Positions 59,297-64,000 of a stretch of DNA of 64,000 bases are shown here, piece after piece. The stretch is from IMG/VR virus record IMGVR_UViG_3300050196_000100, positions 8,392-72,391 of that record. One strand, given 5' to 3'. Within the stretch, counting starts at the first letter, position 1, and every line of letters begins with the position of its first letter. The notes beneath the pieces are model-generated. The model saw only the letters and a list, made by a program, of their open reading frames with translations, had not been told where the DNA came from and made no database searches. The DNA comes from a virus. A program made the translations under genes and the position numbers.

Positions 59297-59400
59297 TGCC
59301 TATGAGCAGAAGGATTTGCAGGTTAAGCCCTGCCACCTTATGAGATGGAGTGATGATAGCCAGGGTGATCTCCTGGCACTCCACCATCAATATTTAAGGA

Positions 59401-60411
59401 GTGATCTGTATTAACAATGTATTAACAGTGGTTGAACAAAGAGAAATTCTAGGTAAAGACTTTTGTATTTATGGTGACATTGAGAATCCCAAATTTCTCG
59501 CTAAGGATGTCGCTGACTGGATTGACTATAGTGCATCTAATGTATCAAAGCTAATGGATGTCGTTGATGACGATGAAAAGCTCCTCGTACCAATGTTACG
59601 AGCAGGTCAAAACAGAGATACATGGTTTGTAACCGAAGATGGACTCTATGAAATACTAATGATGTCTCGCAAACCTATTGCTAAGACATTCAAGAAGAAA
59701 GTCAAGGAAATCTTAAAGACCATTAGAACAACTGGACACTATGAAACTCCTGAGTATAAACTGCTACAATCAATGAATGCAAAGTTAGAACTACAGGATC
59801 AACGCATTGAAGCATTATCATCGGTAATATCTGATAGTATTTGGAGTGAGCCTGTGACTAACCCAAGATATGACTTTGAATTATACAATGGTTGGTACAA
59901 AGACACAACAAAGGATGCATCACACAGAGGACTCTTTGAAGCCATAGGTGATTACTTTGGAATCTATGTTCCATACAGCGGTGAAGTTAAGCCTATTACA
60001 TTGACTCAATGGCTTATTGATAGAGTAACCTTAGATGAAATCAAGAGATTTGTCATTGGAATCAAGAAGAAATACATAGTAAAGAACGAGTTAAATCATT
60101 GGATAAACTTAAATGGTTTTGGGTCAAACAACGTTGAATTCAAGAAGGTACTAAAATACTTCGATGAATCCTGCGCTTACTGCGATGACAGTAATTCGGT
60201 GTTAATTCCTGAGCATATCATTGGACAGAACCAAATGGCATCCAGTGATCCAACCAAAGTTGACCTTGTGGGAAACATTGTATGTTCCTGTGGTGAGTGC
60301 AATGCAAGCAAAGGAACTCAAGAGATGGAGCAATGGTATCGCAGACAAGCCTTTTATAATCCATCCAATCTAAAGAAGATTCAAAGACACATCTACAAAT
60401 ACGAAGTTTAA
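59401..60411 (+). CDS. BRO-N domain fused to an HNH nuclease
   Basis: FLAKDVA..I, FVTEDGLYEIL..SRKP.AK.FK; C-terminal CAYC...EH...NIV.SC..CN.SKG. Confidence 0.8.
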   Translation: MICINNVLTVVEQREILGKDFCIYGDIENPKFLAKDVADWIDYSASNVSKLMDVVDDDEKLLVPMLRAGQNRDTWFVTEDGLYEILMMSRKPIAKTFKKKVKEILKTIRTTGHYETPEYKLLQSMNAKLELQDQRIEALSSVISDSIWSEPVTNPRYDFELYNGWYKDTTKDASHRGLFEAIGDYFGIYVPYSGEVKPITLTQWLIDRVTLDEIKRFVIGIKKKYIVKNELNHWINLNGFGSNNVEFKKVLKYFDESCAYCDDSNSVLIPEHIIGQNQMASSDPTKVDLVGNIVCSCGECNASKGTQEMEQWYRRQAFYNPSNLKKIQRHIYKYEV

Positions 60412-60586
60412 CCCCACGACAAACAAAGCTACCTGCGTTCACCACAGCCACCCACATAACTATAGCACAGTCCTTCACGGAAGTCAATGAATGTTTAGAG
60501 CCACTGAGTCCGCCCAAGGATTCGGTGGCTTCATAATGTGCATTGGGTATCTAGGCAGTGCATCCTATCTAATTACTTCTCCTTAT

Positions 60587-60657
60587 ATTGAAGTAGCCTA
60601 ATGAGATGTTTGATTACAAATCAAGACATACATGTTCGAATCACGTACTTATCTCCA
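60587..60657 (+). pseudogene. Degenerate tRNA-like element (anticodon ACA)
   Basis: TAGCCTAAT D-arm start, TTGA-TTACAAA-TCAA anticodon arm, ACATG-TTCGAAT-CACGT T arm, 3' CCA; acceptor and D stems are broken. Confidence 0.35.
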
Positions 60658-60701
60658 ATATTAACAGACAGTGGAGTAATTAACCACTGTGCCATAGACC
60701 T

Positions 60702-61583
60702 ATGACCGATCCCATAGGTCTATTTGTTATTCACGGGATCGAAATAAACGAAAGGATCGATACAAATATGAAAGGTAAAAAGCTAACAATAGAATTTGTG
60801 GAAAAGATATTCAAGTCCGTAGGATTGCAGTTACTAGAAACAAAATATATTAATAGTTCTACTAAAATGAAAGCATTATGCTCTAAACATGGTGAAATAA
60901 TGCATAGATATGACAGAGCACGTATTGGTAAAGGATGCCCTAAGTGTGGACGTGATATATCTACCGAAAAACATAAACTAACACTTGATTATGTAAGAGG
61001 ATTATTTGAAACTAAAGGATATGACCTTTTAGAAACAGAGTATATAAATAATACAGTTAAAATGGAGTTTATGTGTAGAAAACATAATAAAAAAGGATCA
61101 GTAAATGTTGCTGGCTTAAATAAATCAATACATAATTGCAAGTATTGTGTTATCGATTTACAGACTGGAGATAAAAGTCATCTATGGAGAGGAGGAGTTA
61201 CTTCCCTAACTAGGTATCTTAGACCTCACTTATCTTTCTGGGTACAACAGCAATTCAAACGCACAAATTATCGATGCGAATTAACTAATAAACAAGGCAC
61301 TCTTAATGTTCATCATATGTTTAGCTTTAAGAAAATCCTAGATATTACTATGAATGAACTTAATATGGATACTAGGGAAACCATAGGTGATTACACAGAA
61401 TACGAATTACAACTAATCACTGTCAATCTTATAAAGAACAATGATATCTTAGCTAACCCGAAGGTTTTACTAGAGTCAGTACACCAAGAGTTCCATAGTT
61501 TTTGCGGAGGGAATCATAGCGAAACCTCTCAGGAACAATGGAACTCTTTTGTTTTGCAACGAAATAAAGGTGAATTAAGCTAA
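60702..61583 (+). CDS. Zn-finger/HNH-type homing endonuclease upstream of terL (likely true start ATG 60769)
   Basis: Repeated LLET.YIN...KM...C.KH, GCPKC, LWRGG, CEL...LNVHH...H..FH; AT-rich. Confidence 0.7.
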   Translation: MTDPIGLFVIHGIEINERIDTNMKGKKLTIEFVEKIFKSVGLQLLETKYINSSTKMKALCSKHGEIMHRYDRARIGKGCPKCGRDISTEKHKLTLDYVRGLFETKGYDLLETEYINNTVKMEFMCRKHNKKGSVNVAGLNKSIHNCKYCVIDLQTGDKSHLWRGGVTSLTRYLRPHLSFWVQQQFKRTNYRCELTNKQGTLNVHHMFSFKKILDITMNELNMDTRETIGDYTEYELQLITVNLIKNNDILANPKVLLESVHQEFHSFCGGNHSETSQEQWNSFVLQRNKGELS

Positions 61584-63232
61584 TGGGTATCATGGACGAA
61601 CTTCTGGGCAACATTGATGCCCAAGGAACCCTCAGCGAAGAACAAAGGCAGTCCGATGTTGAGCGATGTCGATATTCATTGGTCGAGTTTGTAAAAACAT
61701 ATTTAAGTGATTCTGGAGACGAATTAGATGAATTATGTTCCTTTCATTATGATTTAGCATCAAGACTGGAATCAGTAGCCCTCAGTAAAAACAAAAGTAC
61801 AGAGTCATGCATAATGTCCCCACGAGGACACGGAAAATCATTTTGGACATCCTATGCGTTCATCCTCTGGTGCATTGCTTACCAACATACAAAGAATATC
61901 TTATTAGTTACTAATGAAACATCACTGGGTCGTCAGTTTATCATTGACATACGACAATTTATTGAGGACTCAGATAAATTCATTGAGGACTTTGGTGATC
62001 TTACTGGAGATGTGATATGGACTAGCGAACGCCTAGCGTGCTCCAACGGAATCTGCGTGTCAACTAAAGGCTCTGGGGCATCTCTTCGTGGCTGTAAAAT
62101 GTTTGGCGTAAGACCAACTGCGATAATATGCGATGATCTGCTCAGTTTGGAAAACTCTGGAAATACTGAGCAGAGAGCAAAGTTATATTCGTGGTATACC
62201 AAAGTCTTAATAAAGTGTGCATCCAAGTTTTGCAACACATTTATTATAGGAACACCGCAGAATGACTCAGATTTGCTCTCAATGATGTTTACTGCAGAAC
62301 AATTCAGTGATTATTACACCAAGAAATACCAAGCGATCATTAGTTATTCCGACAGTGATCTTTGGGATACGTGGTCAACTCTAAGAAATGACCTAAGCAA
62401 TCCCAATAGAACTAAGAATGCTGATGATTTTTATTTCGCCAATAAATCAGAAATGCTTGAAGGAACTAAGGTACTTTGGGATAGATACGATGACACATAC
62501 TTAGTTCTTATGAAGGAAAAGCAAAAGTTGGGCAGTGAAGCATGGTCGGCAGAGATGATGTGTGAGGCATTAGATGAATCAACAAGGGAGTTCCAAGAAT
62601 CATGGATTGAAAAGTGTTACTACGAACTAGAAGATCTGCCTGAGATAATCGCTGTACATATTGGCGTGGACGCAAGCGCAACCGCAAATCGTACATCGGA
62701 TGATGCTGCAATAGTTTGCGTCGGGGTTGGTAGCGACAATTTCTTATATGTACTCGACGTATTCTCTAAGAAAATCAATGTTGATGGATTAGCAGACCAA
62801 ATGCTTATCTTTGGTGTCCAATATTACTCTAAGATAAGCAAAATAAATATTGAAGATGTAGTATTCCAAATTCTAGTAAAAGACATTATGGAACGTAAGG
62901 CTTTGGATTCTGGATTATACCTACCATTCACTGGTGTAAAAGTAAGAACTCAAGGAAATAAGCAGGTTAAGCTAAGAAGTCTATGTGTTCCTATACGCAA
63001 TGGATACATTAAGATTCGCAAAGATCAACGCAAGTTACTCGAAGAAATGCGAAGGTTCCCAGTTTCAAAGTCGGATAATTGTTTGGATGCACTTTGGATA
63101 GCAACCTATGGTCTTATCGGTGGTGGCACATCCAACTTTGGCTTCTCCTCAATCAACACTGATTACTCCAAGTCTAACAAAGCTTCATCATGGGAACCCA
63201 AGTGGCTCCAAGCATTAAAACAGAGGAGGTGA
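61583..63232 (+). CDS. terL: Terminase large subunit
   Basis: Walker A PRGHGKS, LRG...RP..IICDD, IIGTP, nuclease IGVD.S, DNCLDAL. Confidence 0.93.
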   Translation: MGIMDELLGNIDAQGTLSEEQRQSDVERCRYSLVEFVKTYLSDSGDELDELCSFHYDLASRLESVALSKNKSTESCIMSPRGHGKSFWTSYAFILWCIAYQHTKNILLVTNETSLGRQFIIDIRQFIEDSDKFIEDFGDLTGDVIWTSERLACSNGICVSTKGSGASLRGCKMFGVRPTAIICDDLLSLENSGNTEQRAKLYSWYTKVLIKCASKFCNTFIIGTPQNDSDLLSMMFTAEQFSDYYTKKYQAIISYSDSDLWDTWSTLRNDLSNPNRTKNADDFYFANKSEMLEGTKVLWDRYDDTYLVLMKEKQKLGSEAWSAEMMCEALDESTREFQESWIEKCYYELEDLPEIIAVHIGVDASATANRTSDDAAIVCVGVGSDNFLYVLDVFSKKINVDGLADQMLIFGVQYYSKISKINIEDVVFQILVKDIMERKALDSGLYLPFTGVKVRTQGNKQVKLRSLCVPIRNGYIKIRKDQRKLLEEMRRFPVSKSDNCLDALWIATYGLIGGGTSNFGFSSINTDYSKSNKASSWEPKWLQALKQRR

Positions 63233-63236
63233 TCCT

Positions 63237-64000
63237 ACGAAATTCATAGATAATCTAAAGCTATATGCAGCGAAGAAACTTAGTGTTCCAGGGTTTACAC
63301 TGATCCCTAATATGTTTTACAACTGGTTCCAAGGAACTAAGAATAACACATATAATGCAGTACTTCCCAAAGATCCATCATATGTTCAACTTAGGAACTT
63401 TGCTCGTAATGCAATTCTCCGAATACCGATGGAGCATGTAGAAGATACCATTTCAAGGCTTGACATAGTAATAACTAATGTTGACCCACTGGACAAGCGT
63501 AAGTACATCAAGCAGCGACAACAGATTAACAAAGTCATCCGCAATCCTAACTCTGTACAGTCGTGGGTTCCCTTTGTGAAGATGCAGTTAGAAGATTGTA
63601 TGACCATTGGAGCCTCTGCGTTTCAAAAATGTCTAGGCGGAGCGAATGGATTATACCTATATCCTACCGATTCATCAACACTGCAATTCGTAGTCCCCTA
63701 TGATTATGCCAATGAAGACTCTGCAAGATACATGCAGTTGCAACCACAGGGCATGAAGTACTATAGCATTAAGGAAGTCGCATATTTACAGAAGAATTAC
63801 TTCTCCGACAGACCTGAGTCCCTAAGCCCAATTAGAGCTGCTTATGATTACATCGTCTATGCACTGAATGCTCATGAACGTGCCGACCAAGTGGCATCCA
63901 ACGCTACCGCAGACTTCTTGATTAACCTTGGAGAGTCTATAACGCCAACGCAAAGGGATGAATTCAGGAAGTACTTTGAAGAGGACATACAATCCACTGG
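63237..64000 (+). CDS. Portal protein, 3'-truncated by the window
   Basis: Frame is open to the window end (absent from the ORF track because there is no stop); VIRNPN, LEDCMTIG, LYLYPTD, LSPI; follows terL. First ATG is 63312; SD-linked ACG at 63237. Confidence 0.8.

Noticed and set aside
11042-63232. Inteins or group I/II introns in dnaE, nrdJ, the helicase or terL
   Set aside because: All four ORFs are continuous and of normal length, with no C/S...HN-C intein ends; the HNH genes lie outside them.
715-63607. Numerous 60-185 aa ORFs antisense to or overlapping the long genes (e.g. 4072-4593, 15341-15859, 29858-30415)
   Set aside because: Shadow frames of well-supported genes; no RBS or recognisable motifs.

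Overview
All 64 kb is one continuous piece of a large temperate, siphovirus-like phage of a Firmicutes host (Negativicutes/Clostridia-like, inferred from sigmaA promoters, strong GGAGG RBSs and the gene set). The window opens in the tail-tip genes and closes inside the portal gene, so the genome is larger than the window. Order: tail tip and fibre (1-6.5 kb), lysis (6.5-8.7 kb), rightward replication and nucleotide-metabolism genes (dnaE, SSB, ligase, C5-methylase, primase-helicase, exonuclease, dNMP kinase, NrdJ, ThyX, dUTPase; 8.7-44.6 kb) interrupted by a lysogeny module with an intact attP (14.2-17 kb), a leftward arm of small genes (44.7-52.6 kb), a ~1 kb non-coding divergent-promoter region, then terminase and portal. 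Best unexplained signals: (1) a ~36-bp polar motif, TA(A/G)CTATG-N9-GACACA-N3-TGTGTC, found by eye in 25 copies, always oriented with transcription, mostly between a stop codon and the next RBS and also inside three sigmaA promoters; (2) a type I hammerhead ribozyme (52047-52110, minus strand); (3) chromosome-type maintenance sites (perfect parS, tandem DnaA boxes, a dif-like 11-7-11 palindrome); (4) HNH homing endonucleases that duplicate and replace the part of the gene they invade; (5) a ProQ/FinO-like protein; (6) three genes that appear to start at ATT, ATA or ACG. All family assignments come from recognising motifs; no database search was run.
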